NCBI GenBank assembly: GCA_963760795.1
Contig: CAVXEP010000003.1
Span: 96,001 to 160,000 of the forward strand
Origin: an uncultured delta proteobacterium
GTDB lineage: Bacteria > Desulfobacterota > Binatia > UBA9968
DNA: 64,000 nt
Reading direction: 5' to 3'
Each line of letters opens with the position of its first letter. Position 1 is the first letter of the stretch. The position numbers were made by a program, and so were the translations under genes. The notes under the pieces were generated by a model, which searched no databases, was not told where the DNA came from, and worked only from the letters and a program-made list of their open reading frames with translations. Of this stretch, positions 9,649-21,356 are shown in pieces.

Positions 9649-12168
9649 TCACGAAGCAAGCACTGCCCGCAAATAACGCCCGGTCACCGACGCCGGCTCC
9701 GCCGCAATGTCCTCTGGCGTACCTTTGGCGACGATATTTCCTCCGGTCGTTCCACCGCCAGGACCGAGATCCAAGACAAAGTCAGCGCACTTAATCACTT
9801 CGAGATTATGCTCGACAATAATCATGGTGTTGCCGAGATCGGTTAGACGATTGAGCAGATCGAGAAGTTGCTTGATGTCATCGAAATGGAGTCCGGTGGT
9901 CGGCTCGTCGAGGAGATAGAGCGAGCGCCCGGTCGAGCGACGCGCCAATTCGCGCGCCAGCTTGAGCCGCTGCGCTTCGCCGCCGGAGAGGGTTACGGCG
10001 GATTGGCCGAGGGTCAAATAGCTCAAACCAACTTCACGCAACATGCGTAACCGGTCATGAATCGGCGGCACGGCGCTCAGCAGTTCCGCCGCTTGGTTGA
10101 CCGTGAGGTCCAAGACATCGGCGATGCTCAGACCTTTGTATTTGACATCCAACGTCTCGCGGTTGTAGCGCCGCCCTTTACAGGACTCGCAGGTGACAAA
10201 CATCTCGGGGAGAAAATACATCTCGACCCGGGTGATACCGTCGCCCTGGCAAGCTTCGCAGCGGCCGCCCTTGGCGTTGAAGGAAAACCGTTCGGCTTTG
10301 AAGCCGCGCACCCGCGCTTCGGGAACTTGCGCGAACAGCTCGCGCAAATGATCGTGCAGTCCCATGAATGTCGCCGGGTTCGAGCGCGCCGTGCGGCCGA
10401 TCGGCGATTGATCGACGGCGATCACCCGGTCGAAACTTTCCCAGCCGGAGATTTGCTGCGACTCGACACTCTTGCCGCGGCCTTTCTGCAACCGCTCGCT
10501 GATGCCGCCATGAAGAACTTCCATCACCAAGGTACTCTTGCCCGCGCCCGAGACGCCGGTCACGCAGCTCAACGCGCCGATGGGAAAAGCCACGGTGAGA
10601 TTCTTCAAGTTGCGTTGGCGAACGCCGGTAATCTGCAAAAAATTCCCGCTGCCGCCACGCCGCTGCGGCGGCCGAAGAATCTCCAACTCGCGCGCAGAGA
10701 TATTTTCCGGTAAGTGAGCGATGATTTTTTTGTAATTCGGCAGGCGTACCGTGCGCCACCACTTCGCCGCCGTTGACGCCGGCGCCGGGCCCCATGTCGA
10801 TGACGTAATCGGCGGCGCCAATGGTCTCGGGATCATGCTCGACGACGATCACCGAGTTACCGCCCTCGCGCAGCTGGCGCAACAGGCGAATCAACCGCTC
10901 GTTATCTTTCTGGTGCAGGCCTATGCTCGGCTCGTCGAGAATATAGAGCACTCCCGCCAGGCTCGAACCGATCTGGGTCGCCAGCCGCACCCGCTGGAGC
11001 TCGCCGCCAGATAACGTCGTCGTCGGCCGATCCAGACTCAAGTAGTCGAGCCCCAACTCGCCCAAGCAGCGTAGCCGGCTGGCGATCTCGGCGATAATTC
11101 TTTGCCCGACCACCTTGCGTTCTGGTGCGAGTTCGAGACCATCGAGAAATGACAGATTCTCACTAATCGAAGCCGCGGCAAATGTGGCAATACTTTCGCC
11201 GGCGATGCGCACCGCCAAGCTTGCCTTACGCAAGCGGCTGCCGCGACAATCTGAACATGGCGTGGCATCTGTCTCATCGGCGACGCGCTTGGCGCGCTTG
11301 ATCTCAATGCCAGTACCGTTGCACGCCGGGCACGCCCCCTCTGGGCTGTTGAACGAGAACAGACTCGGGGTAATTTCGCCCAGCGCCGTACCACAATCGA
11401 CGCAAGTGAAATTCAGACTGAAACGTAATGGCGCCGGCGTAGTTGCACCAGCGCCAAGAATCTCGACCTTGATCGTCTGCTGCCCCGCCCGCGCGGCAAC
11501 TTCCAGAGAATCGGCCAGGCGCTTTTCAATGCCGTCGCGCAGCACCAGCCGGTCGACGACGAGATCGAGTTGACTCGCGTGCTTGTAGAGCATCGGGAAT
11601 CTCGCCGCCAAGCTCGAAGCTCTGTCCGTCGAACATGACGCGCGTTAAAACCCTGGCGCGCGAGTTCTGCTAAACTCTTACCGGCGCCGCCTGGCGAGAA
11701 TTGAACTGGCGCCAAGATAAGCAGTCGCGATCCCGTAGCCAGCGCCATGATGCAATCGCCGATTTGCTCGATAGTTTGGGCGTTGATTTCCCGGCCGCAG
11801 TTGACGCACAACGGCTGGCCAACCCGCGCGAACAAAAGGCGCAGAAAATCATAAATGTCGCTGAGCGTGCCGACGGTGGAGCGGGGATTGTGCGCGGCGG
11901 CTTTTTGCTGAATCGCGATGGCCGGTGACAGCCCGTCGATGCGATCGACATCGGGCTTGGCCATTTGCTTGAGGAGCTGGCGCGTGTCGGCGCCGAGGGA
12001 TTCGAGATAGCGCCGTTGTCCTTCGGCGTAGAGCGTATCGAAGGCCAGCGAGGACTTACCGGAGCCGGAAACCCCGGTGATGACGACCAGCTGGTCGCGC
12101 GGAATCTCCAGGTCGATATTCTTGAGATTATGGACGCGCGCGCCCTGGATGACGATTTGGCCCGCCAT
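9649..12168 (-). CDS. uvrA: UvrA excinuclease subunit, short form lacking the insertion domain (frameshifts near 11640 and 10690)
   Basis: [55 protein letters not shown], second ATPase GVSGAGKS...[12 protein letters not shown]...LDEPTTGLH; Zn-finger Cys pairs; spread over three ORFs. Confidence 0.93.
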
Positions 12169-12176
12169 CGTGAAAA

Positions 12177-13533
12177 TTACTCCAGCTCGAATTCTCTGAG
12201 TTTACCTTCGATCAGCGCGCGATATTCCTTGAGCTTGGCGGCGGACTGCGCTTCGAAACGGAGCACCAATGCCGGCTGGGTATTGGAAGCGCGCACCAAC
12301 CCCCAGCCTTCCGCGAATTGCACGCGCACGCCATCGATATCGATGACATCATAGTGCCGGCGAAAATATTCTGTGGCCTTGTCGGCGATGATAAACTTTC
12401 TGTCATCGGGGCAATCGACGCGCAGCTCCGGCGTCGATACGCTGTTCGGCAGATCGGCGAGCAGTGTCGACAGCGGCTTGCCGGAATCGGCGAGTATTTC
12501 CAACAGACGCAGCGAGGCATAGACGGCGTCGTCATAGCCAAAGTAGCGCTCTTTGAAAAACATATGGCCGGTCATCTCGCCGGCCAACAGCGCACCGGTC
12601 TCTTTCATCTTCGCCTTGAGCAAGGAATGGCCGGCCTTCCACATGATCGGCTTGCCGCCATGTTTGGCGATGTCGTCGAACAGCCGCTGCGAACATTTCA
12701 CCTCCGAGATCACCACCGCTCCGGGATTGCGCTTGAGCATATCCCGGGCGAACAGGATCAGTAACTCGTCGCCCCAGAGAATATTGCCCTGCTCATCGAC
12801 GGCGCCGATGCGGTCGGCGTCGCCGTCGTAGGCGACGCCAAGATCGGCTTTCTCTTTTCTTACTTTGGCAATCAGCATGGCTAGATTTTCCGGCACCGTC
12901 GGATCAGGATGGTGCAACGGGAAATTACCATCCGGCGCGCAGCCGATCTCCCACACCTGGCAACCCAATTGGCGAAAAATCGGCGGCGCCACCGGACCGC
13001 CGACGCCACTGCCGGCATCGACGACAATTTTTAACGGGCGCGCCAGCTTCGGCACGTCGGCTAATAGATGCTGGTGATAGGGCGGCAGGATTTCATAACG
13101 TTGCCACTTCGCCGCCCGGCCGCTCGCGAAATTCGCCGCGCTCCATCTTCTGGCGAATCTCTTGAATCCGCTCGCCATAGAGCGTGTCTTTGCCCAGGCA
13201 AATTTTAAAGCCGTTGTACTCCGACGGATTGTGGCTGGCGGTGATTTGAATGCCGCCGTCGACGTCCAGGTGAAACAGAGAGAAATAGAGTAGCGGTGAC
13301 GGACAAACGCCGAGATCGTAGACTTGCAGGCCAGCCGACACCAGGCCAGCGATCACAGCTTCGGCATAAGCATCGGAAGTCGCCCGGCAGTCCCGCCCCA
13401 CGGTGGCGCGTGTGCCGCCTGTTTCCGCGATCATGGTCCCGTGCACCTTGCCGAGCAGCAGGGCGAACTCTTTGTCGAAATCGATTTCCGCCAGACCGCG
13501 AATGTCGTACTCGCGAAACACCGCGGAGTTCAT
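12177..13533 (-). CDS. Phosphomannomutase/phosphoglucomutase (frameshift near 13095)
   Basis: [15 protein letters not shown] (catalytic Ser), DGDADR, GEMTGH, RASNTQP. Confidence 0.93.
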
Positions 13534-14554
13534 GTTTTTTTCGGACCGCATGGTTTTGCCGCGCAAGACGCGCCGCCAGGAGAATCGCTTCCTTCATGCT
13601 GGTTTCATCGGCTTTATCCTTGCCGGCGATATCGTAGGCGGTGCCATGGTCCACCGAGGTGCGGATGAATGGCGGTCCCAGCGTCAGTGCCACGCCACCG
13701 TAGAAATGGTGCAGTTTGAGCGGGATCAAACCTTGATCGTGATACATGCACACCACCGCGTCGTAATCGCCGCGCGCCGCATGATGAAACAAACTATCCG
13801 CGGGAAACGGTCCATGCACGGGAATCCCGCGCTGGCGTGCCGCCTTGACCGCTGGCGCGATGATGTCAATCTCCTCGGCGCCGAAGTTGCCTTTTTCACC
13901 GCCGTGGGGATTGAGCGCCGCCACCGCGATGCGCGGCCGGGCGATGCCGAAGGATTTTTTTAAGCTTGCGTGCGTCAACGCAAAAGTCTTTTGCAGATTT
14001 TCCCGGTTCAAACTGCGCGCCACCTTGGCGAACGGAATATGGCCGGTCACCGGCACCACGCGCAGCTTAGCGCCGATCAGCATCATGCGGCATTCGGGCG
14101 TGCCGCCGAGCTCGGCAAACAATTCGGTGTGGCCGGGGTAATTATAACCGGCATCGATGAGGATATTCTTGCTCAGCGGCGCGGTGGCGATGGCATCGGC
14201 GACTTTCGAGAGCGCGAGCTTGGCCGCCACCCGAATGTAGCTGAAGGTACCGTGGCCGGCGATTTTGGCCGCGACACCGGGACGCGAATCTCTGGCGCTA
14301 AGCGCCGATAGCGAACAGACCGTAAAAGCCTTGGGATCGTCAAGCATCGGCAACAGCCGCTGGCCCGGCTGCCAGCAGAACAGTTTCGGTCGTTTGCGGC
14401 GTACATGGGTTCGCTGCAACACGCCCCAGTCGCCCAAGATTAGCGGCCGGGCGACTCTCTTGATCATTGGGTCGGCAAGCGCCTTGAGAATGATTTCCGG
14501 GCCGATTCCCGACGGATCGCCCATGGTAACGGCGATAATGGGTTTATAGGGCAT
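13530..14554 (-). CDS. pdxA: 4-hydroxythreonine-4-phosphate dehydrogenase
   Basis: TMGDPSGIGPEI, YPGHTE, LNPHGGE, MYHDQGLIPLK, RTSVDHGTAYDIAG. The stop is probably lost through a short poly-A run at ~13535; one extra A restores an ATGA overlap with the PMM gene. Confidence 0.93.
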
Positions 14555-14621
14555 GCGGTGGCGCAACGTCGTGAGAGATAGTGACTCGATTATCTTCACT
14601 TACGAACGTTCAGGCAAGAGA

Positions 14622-15929
14622 TTAGGGCTTTTTTGACGAGAACGGATTGAGCGAATCGACGATCGAAGAGAATATTCCCTTGGACTGCCCGGCCTTTTCT
14701 TCCGGCGGCGGCGCGAAGATATCCGGCGAATCGTCGGCCTTATCGGTGACGAATAGCGGCATGCCGAAGATACTAACGACGCTTTTGTTCGACAACGGGC
14801 TCTTGGGATCTTCGTCCTCGAATGGCGTTTCGTTGACGATGTAGGACAGCGGATTCAGATAGCTCAATGCCGAGCGCGACTCGCGGCGTGCCGGCCGGTT
14901 CGAACGTGCCATTAACGCGTTGACGGTTTCTTCTTTCGATTCTTCCGGTTTGAACGTCACCCCGGCGAGCTTGACGTCGACGCGATGTTTGCGGCGCAGA
15001 TCGGACTTGAGCCATTTAGCGAAGCGCTCTTCCATGGCTTTGGCGAGCAGCTCTTGTTTGATTTTCGCGGCTACGGTACTGAGCGGCAAGACTCTACCGG
15101 CTTCGCGCGCTTCCAGTTTGACGATATGCATTCCCATGCTGGTGCGGAACGGCTCGCTGACTTTACCGGGACTGAGTTTTTCAAAGGCGACATCTTCGAG
15201 CCCGGCGATCAACGTACCTTTGTTCACCCAGCCGATGTCACCGCCATCGGCGCGACCAGCGCCCTCGGAATACTCCCGCGCCAGGGCGGCGAAGTCTTCC
15301 CCTGCGACAATTCTTTTGTACAACTCCCTAGCCTTGGCAGACACGGCATTGACTTGGTCGGCAGGAGCTTTTTCCGGCAAGGACAACAAGATATGCCGGA
15401 TGCGCGCCCGTTCATTGGCCCGGTAGTTTTTCGAGTTGAGCTTATAGTAGCGTTCGACGTCTTCGTCGGTAATGTTGACCTTGCGCTTGACTTGGCGCTC
15501 GAGGATCTCGGCTTTTTCCATCTCGGTCTTAACCGAGATTTTGTAGCTCGCCAAATTCAACCCCTCGCGGGTGAGACTCGCCGTGAAATCCTCATCGGAA
15601 AGCCGATTGTTTTTCTTGACCTGTTCGATATAGCGATTGACATCGTCGTCGGTGACCCGAATTCCGGCTTCGCGCACTTCCGCTTCCATGAGCTTGTCCG
15701 TGATGAACTGCTCCAGCACTTCACGATCGGCGGCATTGATCTGCTGCAAGCTTCCTGTCGGGAAAATTGTCGCCAGGCGGGTCTTTGCGAAGGTAGTGAG
15801 ATTGGAAAGGGTATAGGGCTCGCCGTCGATCACAGCGATCAGCTGCTCGATCACGGCCGCTGGGGCACTGTGGGGCAACCCAACAATTGCCAACAAGCAT
15901 AGCCCGACATATTTCGCTCCTATGAACAT
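14622..15929 (-). CDS. SurA-like periplasmic chaperone / parvulin PPIase
   Basis: Signal peptide, IEQLIAVIDGEP SurA N-domain, RIRHILL...GEDFAALAREYSE...GGDIGW...SEPFRTSMGMHIVK; lies upstream of pdxA. Confidence 0.88.
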   Translation of the reverse strand: MFIGAKYVGLCLLAIVGLPHSAPAAVIEQLIAVIDGEPYTLSNLTTFAKTRLATIFPTGSLQQINAADREVLEQFITDKLMEAEVREAGIRVTDDDVNRYIEQVKKNNRLSDEDFTASLTREGLNLASYKISVKTEMEKAEILERQVKRKVNITDEDVERYYKLNSKNYRANERARIRHILLSLPEKAPADQVNAVSAKARELYKRIVAGEDFAALAREYSEGAGRADGGDIGWVNKGTLIAGLEDVAFEKLSPGKVSEPFRTSMGMHIVKLEAREAGRVLPLSTVAAKIKQELLAKAMEERFAKWLKSDLRRKHRVDVKLAGVTFKPEESKEETVNALMARSNRPARRESRSALSYLNPLSYIVNETPFEDEDPKSPLSNKSVVSIFGMPLFVTDKADDSPDIFAPPPEEKAGQSKGIFSSIVDSLNPFSSKKP

Positions 15930-16055
15930 AGTCTAGATCCCCACTGCCAAACTCGCTGAAAGGTAACATAGTCAATTTTGAATTCCAAACCAGCAAATCC
16001 CGAGAGATTGCCGTTGTATAGGGCTTAAACGCCAGCGGCCGTCGATCTCGATTAT

Positions 16056-17348
16056 CTAAATTCTTGGCGGGGTCCTCGCCGCCCGCGCCGCCCAGCCGAT
16101 GAAGCAGACCGAGAGCAACGACAGGATCTGGGCGAGCCAAAACGCGCCCAGATAGCTGCCGGTCCAATCATATACCGCGCCGCCGAGCCAGGGGCCGATG
16201 CCGGCGCCGGCGCCGATGAACAACGCGATGGCGCCGATGATCGCGCCAAAGGAGTTGCCGTGAAATAGATCCGCCGCGATGGTCGGATAGAGCGACTGGC
16301 GCGACGAAAAACCGAAGGCGATCAATGGCGGGAAAGCGTAAAGCAGCCAGGCCTGCTGTGAGAAACCGATAATCATCAATAATACGATGCCAAGCATCAG
16401 CGACGCCGAGCCGAGAGCGTAACAGCGCGGACGGCCGATGCGATCGGCGAGCAACCCCATGAGAATCATACTGGGCGCTGTGAACAAACCGATCAAGCCT
16501 AGGGCCAATGCGGCAACCTCTTTGGAATAGCCGGCGTCGTTTACCGCCGCCACCTGGTGAATCAAGACCATATGCAGCGGAATCGCGCCGAACAGCACGC
16601 CGATGGCAAACCACCAAAAGCGCGTCGTGCGCAGCGCCTGCTTGAGCGTGATCCCCTGAGCTCCGGCGTTGCCGCCATGGCCATGGCCGGTGGGCACCGG
16701 CCCCTCATAGGCTCCGAAATCCGGCTTGAGTCCCATTTGTTCCGGGCGCTGGCGCTGCAAGAAAAAATTTGCCGGAGCCACCAGGCAAATCAATAAGCCG
16801 GCGAGAATAAAAAACGCCTGGCGCCAGCCGAAGTTGGCGATTAGCCATTGAGTAAGCGGCACGACGATGAGTATGCCCAGACCGATACCGGAAGCCGCCA
16901 GGCCGATGGCCATGCCGCGCTTACGCACGAACCAATTGGCGAGAAAGGTCGCCTGCGAGGTCATCGGCAGGGCGGCAAAACCGGCACCGACGAGAATGCC
17001 CATGCCGAGATAAAATTCGACCACCGTGCCGGCCAGCCCGCTGACGATCAATCCCGCAGCCATGACCAGCGCACCGCCAGTCATCACCGGTCGCGGTCCA
17101 TAGCGGTCGAGCAGGTTGCCGATCACCGGCGCCACCACCGTCCACACCATCGACCCCAACATCAAGGCGCCCGAGGCGAGCGCGCGGCTCCAATGAAACT
17201 CTTCGATGACCGCGATGAGAAATACGGCAAAAGCATTACGTGCGCCAAAGGCCATGGCCACGGTGAGAAACGCCACGCCGATGACGATCCAGGGATAACA
17301 GCGTTGCACCATGCGGCTCGGAGCCGGCGAGGTAATATCAGCCTTCAT
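16056..17348 (-). CDS. MFS transporter
   Basis: About 12 TM helices; GNLLDRYGPR and GLLADRIGR motif A. Confidence 0.9.
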   Translation of the reverse strand: MKADITSPAPSRMVQRCYPWIVIGVAFLTVAMAFGARNAFAVFLIAVIEEFHWSRALASGALMLGSMVWTVVAPVIGNLLDRYGPRPVMTGGALVMAAGLIVSGLAGTVVEFYLGMGILVGAGFAALPMTSQATFLANWFVRKRGMAIGLAASGIGLGILIVVPLTQWLIANFGWRQAFFILAGLLICLVAPANFFLQRQRPEQMGLKPDFGAYEGPVPTGHGHGGNAGAQGITLKQALRTTRFWWFAIGVLFGAIPLHMVLIHQVAAVNDAGYSKEVAALALGLIGLFTAPSMILMGLLADRIGRPRCYALGSASLMLGIVLLMIIGFSQQAWLLYAFPPLIAFGFSSRQSLYPTIAADLFHGNSFGAIIGAIALFIGAGAGIGPWLGGAVYDWTGSYLGAFWLAQILSLLSVCFIGWAARAARTPPRI

Positions 17349-17369
17349 GATTGAAGCAACTTGGCCTGG

Positions 17370-17440
17370 GGAGAAATGGAGTGTTGGAGAAATGGGCTCG
17401 GATTTTCCGTCGTCCCGCCAGTACTCCAAGACGCCAACCT
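17370..17440. repeat. Intergenic 8-bp-period inverted repeat (GGAGAAAT/GGAGTGTT type)
   Basis: GGAGAAAT GGAGTGTT GGAGAAAT GG ... CCAGTACT CCAAGACG CCAACCTT, between mfd and the MFS gene. Confidence 0.55.
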
Positions 17441-17445
17441 TCGCT

Positions 17446-20400
17446 TCACCCCACCGGTATCCACTGAGCTTTTTGGGGAGCCGGAATTTCGCGAATCGCG
17501 TGAAGCAACTCGATAACTTCACTGGCCAACGGTTGCCAGTCTGATTGCTTCGGCATGAACGACATGCGGCCGTCGGGCGCCAAGCGGAAACGATTTTTTT
17601 GCTTATGAATGAGTTCGAGCAGCTTGTCGACTTTGACCGGCGAATCAGGATGGAAGAGCAAAAATATCTTGCCGTCGGAGAAGCTGATCTGCTGAACAAG
17701 GAACTCTTTGAGCTCTCGGCGCAGATTCATCACCAGAAATAAGTTGTCGACGACTTCACTATAGGGACCGAAGCGGTCTTCGATCTCTGCTTTCAACTCG
17801 TCGAGCTCGGCGGCGTTCTTCAGGCTCGCCAAGCGCTTGTAAAAATACAGCCGCTGGTTGGCGTCGGGCATGTAGTTATCGGGGAAGTAGGCCGAGATGC
17901 CCAGGCGAATTTCCGGATCGATCTCCGGCAAGATCTCTTCGCCTTTGAGCTCTTGAATCGCCGCCTGCATCATCTCGGTGTAAAGCTCGAAACCCACCGC
18001 GGTGATCTGCCCCGACTGTTGATCGCCCAACAGATTGCCGGCGCCGCGGATTTCGAGATCGTGCAGCGCCAACTTAAAACCGCCGCCCAGGCCGTCGAGC
18101 TCCTGCAATGCGCGCAAGCGCCGTTCGGCATCCGGTGTGATCGCGTGCTCGCCCGGTATTAATAAATAAGCGAATGCATGGCGGTGCGAGCGCCCGACCC
18201 GGCCGCGCAACTGATAGAGCTGCGCCAAGCCGAAGCGGTCGGCGCGGTTGATGATGATCGTGTTGGCATTGGGAAAGTCGAGGCCCGACTCGATGATCGC
18301 AGAACAGACCAACACCTGCGTCTTGTTTTCAAGGAAATCGACCATGACTTTTTCCAACTCCTTCGGCCGCATCTGCCCATGACCCACCGCCATCTTCGCC
18401 TCGGGGATGAGTTCCGCCAATTTGAGCGCCACTCGATCGATTGTTTCGACGCGGTTGTGAAGAAAAAACACCTGCCCGCCGCGCTCGATCTCGCGCAGGA
18501 TGGCGTCGCGGATTACCCGATCGTCATAACGGGTGACGTAGGTCTGAATCGCCAGCCGGTCTACCGGCGGCGTTTCAATGATGCTCAAGTCACGAATACC
18601 GACCAGCGACATGTGCAAGGTGCGCGGGATCGGCGTCGCGGTCAGGCTCAAGACATCGACCAGCGCGCGCATTTTTTTCAGCCGCTCTTTGTGCACCACG
18701 CCGAAACGGTGTTCTTCGTCGATGATCACCAGTCCCAAATCTTTGAAGTCGACATCTTTCTGCAATAAGCGGTGCGTGCCGACGACGATATCAACCTGGC
18801 CTTTGGCGGTGTCGCTGAGAACCCGCGCGATTTCTTTGCTGGTCAAAAACCGGCTGACCATTTCGACGCGCACCGGATGATTGCGGAAGCGGTGGCGAAA
18901 GGTTTGCAGATGCTGTTGCGCCAAGATCGTCGTCGGCGCCAGGACCGCCACTTGCTTCCCCCCCTCGACGGCGAGAAACGCGGCGCGCATGGCAACTTCG
19001 GTTTTGCCGTAGCCGACATCGCCGCAGACCAAGCGGTCCATCGGCTTTCGGCTCTGCATGCTCGCCAGCGTGTCGTCGATGGCACGCTGTTGGTCCGGCG
19101 TCTCCTCGAACTCGAAGGCGGCTTCGAACTCTTTGTACATGTTGTCCGGCGGCGCGAACGCCGTGCCGCCGCGCGCTTCGCGCAAGGCGTAGAGCTGGAC
19201 CAACTCTTCGGCCATGGCGAGCACGGTTTTTTTCGCCCTGGCTTTGACCTTTTCCCAGGCCGTGCCGCCCAACCGGTCGAGGGACGGCTGCGCGCCATCG
19301 CCGCCGATGTATTTCTGCACCATATTGATGCGGTCGACAGGTAAATAAAGCCGGTCGCCCGCTTCATATTCAAGATGGAGAAACTCGCCCTCGACGCCGG
19401 CCACCTTGAGAAATTTGAGGCCGCGGTAAACGCCGATGCCATGGTCGAGATGAACGACGTAATCGTCCTGCTTCAACTCGCTCAGGCTGGAGAGAAAATG
19501 GCTCGGATAACTCTTGGTCGCCGTGGTCGGCTGGCGCTTGCGCGTGGCGAAGATCTCGTCGAAGGTGACCAAGATCAGCTGCGCTTCGGGCAAGCGGAAG
19601 CCTTGATTCAAATTGCCGCGGACGATTCCTCGCGCGATATCCGGGCGCGCCAACACCGTCGGAATGGCATCTTCGACTAGCGCCACTTCGACTTGGTAGC
19701 CACCCAGGAGCTCGCGCAAGCGCACCGCATCGCCCTTGGTCGGCGCGACGAAGATGACTTTTTCGCTGCCCCAAGTCTTCAAGCGTTCGACCAGTGGTGC
19801 CAGGGAGACATCCTTGCCGTGCAGCGCCGGGTCCTGGCGCAAATCGCTGGTCAGAAAGGACTCGACGTTTAACGTCCTCTCCTGGGCCTTTTCCGCTGCG
19901 GCAAGCAGCATCAACGCTTCGCCGTGAATGGCCGAAAATGGCTCGAACGTTGCGCGCCACTCATGTTCGTTTAAGTATAGCTGCTCCACCGGCGCCACCA
20001 GGCGGTGATCTTCTTTAGCCTGCCGGTTGCGCGCCCAGGCATGCTGGCCAAAGCGCTCGCTTTCCGCTTCGACGCGGTCGCCGCCATCGAGCCAGACCAG
20101 CGTGTTAGCCGGCAAATAAGTGGTCACCGGCACCAAGTCGGGGCAGAAGTATGGCAGCAAGAATTCCACGCCGGCGACCGGGATGCCTTCGCGGAGGGAT
20201 TCAAGCAACGCCTGGCGCTCGTGCCGGTCGACTTCCAACTCCAGCGCGCGCTGCTCCAAACGCTTGATCGATTCGTCGATGCCGGCGCGTTTGAGCGCGA
20301 ACTCCTTCATCGGCAGAAGTATGAATTCTTCCTGCACCGCCTCGGTGCGCTGATTGGCCGGACTGAACTCGCGGATCGATTCCAAGCGGTCGCCGTCGAA

Positions 20401-20991
20401 TTCGAGGCGAATCGGCCGGCCGTAGCCGGGCGGAAACAGATCGACGATGCCACCGCGCACACTGAAATCACCGCGCTCCTCGACCAACGGGACATTTTGA
20501 AATCCCCAGTGGATCAGGTGATCGAGCAACCCCTCGCGCGGCAAATCTTGGCCGACAACGATGTAGAGATAGGATTTTTTTAACGTCTCTTTCGGAATCA
20601 CCCGCTGCATGAGCGCCGCCGGCGTCGCGATCAAGATCGGCGCCGGCTCTTCGATTAGTTTGTAGAGCCCTTCCAAACGGCCGGCGATGTTTTCCGGATG
20701 GGGCGAAAGATTTTCAAAGGGCAAGACTTCCCAGGAGGGAAACAGATGGAGTCGACGGCGCAACGGCGCCAAACCGCGCTCCTCGCCGAGAAAAAACCCC
20801 AGGTCGTCGTAAAGAGTTTCCGCCTGGTTGGCGCTCGGCGCGATCACCAGCATCGGCCGCTGGCCATCGGCCGCCGCGAGAGCGAGCAGATAGGCGCGCG
20901 CGCCGCCCTGGATGCCCTGAATGCGCTTGCTGCCCGCCCAGCTCCCGCGCAGGAACTGAGCGAGCTTTTCGCTGAGCGGTTGAGCGGTCAT
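17446..20991 (-). CDS. mfd: Transcription-repair coupling factor Mfd
   Basis: FSVRGGIVDLF, YVVHLDHGIG (RID), DRLVCGDVGYGKTEVA, DEEHRFG, TATPIPRTL, QLRGRVGRS, DLEIRGAGNLLG. Confidence 0.98.
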   Translation of the reverse strand: MTAQPLSEKLAQFLRGSWAGSKRIQGIQGGARAYLLALAAADGQRPMLVIAPSANQAETLYDDLGFFLGEERGLAPLRRRLHLFPSWEVLPFENLSPHPENIAGRLEGLYKLIEEPAPILIATPAALMQRVIPKETLKKSYLYIVVGQDLPREGLLDHLIHWGFQNVPLVEERGDFSVRGGIVDLFPPGYGRPIRLEFDGDRLESIREFSPANQRTEAVQEEFILLPMKEFALKRAGIDESIKRLEQRALELEVDRHERQALLESLREGIPVAGVEFLLPYFCPDLVPVTTYLPANTLVWLDGGDRVEAESERFGQHAWARNRQAKEDHRLVAPVEQLYLNEHEWRATFEPFSAIHGEALMLLAAAEKAQERTLNVESFLTSDLRQDPALHGKDVSLAPLVERLKTWGSEKVIFVAPTKGDAVRLRELLGGYQVEVALVEDAIPTVLARPDIARGIVRGNLNQGFRLPEAQLILVTFDEIFATRKRQPTTATKSYPSHFLSSLSELKQDDYVVHLDHGIGVYRGLKFLKVAGVEGEFLHLEYEAGDRLYLPVDRINMVQKYIGGDGAQPSLDRLGGTAWEKVKARAKKTVLAMAEELVQLYALREARGGTAFAPPDNMYKEFEAAFEFEETPDQQRAIDDTLASMQSRKPMDRLVCGDVGYGKTEVAMRAAFLAVEGGKQVAVLAPTTILAQQHLQTFRHRFRNHPVRVEMVSRFLTSKEIARVLSDTAKGQVDIVVGTHRLLQKDVDFKDLGLVIIDEEHRFGVVHKERLKKMRALVDVLSLTATPIPRTLHMSLVGIRDLSIIETPPVDRLAIQTYVTRYDDRVIRDAILREIERGGQVFFLHNRVETIDRVALKLAELIPEAKMAVGHGQMRPKELEKVMVDFLENKTQVLVCSAIIESGLDFPNANTIIINRADRFGLAQLYQLRGRVGRSHRHAFAYLLIPGEHAITPDAERRLRALQELDGLGGGFKLALHDLEIRGAGNLLGDQQSGQITAVGFELYTEMMQAAIQELKGEEILPEIDPEIRLGISAYFPDNYMPDANQRLYFYKRLASLKNAAELDELKAEIEDRFGPYSEVVDNLFLVMNLRRELKEFLVQQISFSDGKIFLLFHPDSPVKVDKLLELIHKQKNRFRLAPDGRMSFMPKQSDWQPLASEVIELLHAIREIPAPQKAQWIPVG

Positions 20992-21356
20992 GAAAAGAAG
21001 CTGAAACGTTGAAGCTGAATTTTCGGAATGTTCGATGCCGACGGCGTGGCGCCAGGCGGCTCGGCCGCTTTGGCCCAAGCCTCGGCCTCGGCACAGAGTT
21101 CCTTCACCCGCACTTGAAGAAACGCCGGCTGATAGTTCTCAAAGCGAATCAGCGCCTGGTAAATCCCACGCACCGCGCCCTTCACTTCGGCGAAGTCGAC
21201 AAACATACGATACGCCGCCGCCAGCCGAATTAGTCCTTCGAGAAACGGCTTGGTCTCCACCTCGCTGTCCCGGTAAAATTCTTCCAAAACCTCGTGGCAC
21301 TCGTAGAAGTTCTGGTCGTTAAATAGACGTATGCCGTCTCGCAGCCGAGCATCCAT
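20988..21356 (-). CDS. DUF309 domain protein
   Basis: GIRLFNDQNFYECHEVLEE...FLEGLIRLAAA signature; overlaps the mfd start. Confidence 0.85.
   Translation of the reverse strand: MDARLRDGIRLFNDQNFYECHEVLEEFYRDSEVETKPFLEGLIRLAAAYRMFVDFAEVKGAVRGIYQALIRFENYQPAFLQVRVKELCAEAEAWAKAAEPPGATPSASNIPKIQLQRFSFFS

Noticed and set aside
13205-13530. Apparent 110-aa C-terminal extension of PdxA overlapping the PMM gene
   Set aside because: One extra A in the poly-A run at ~13535 restores a normal ATGA stop/start overlap; likely a sequencing error.
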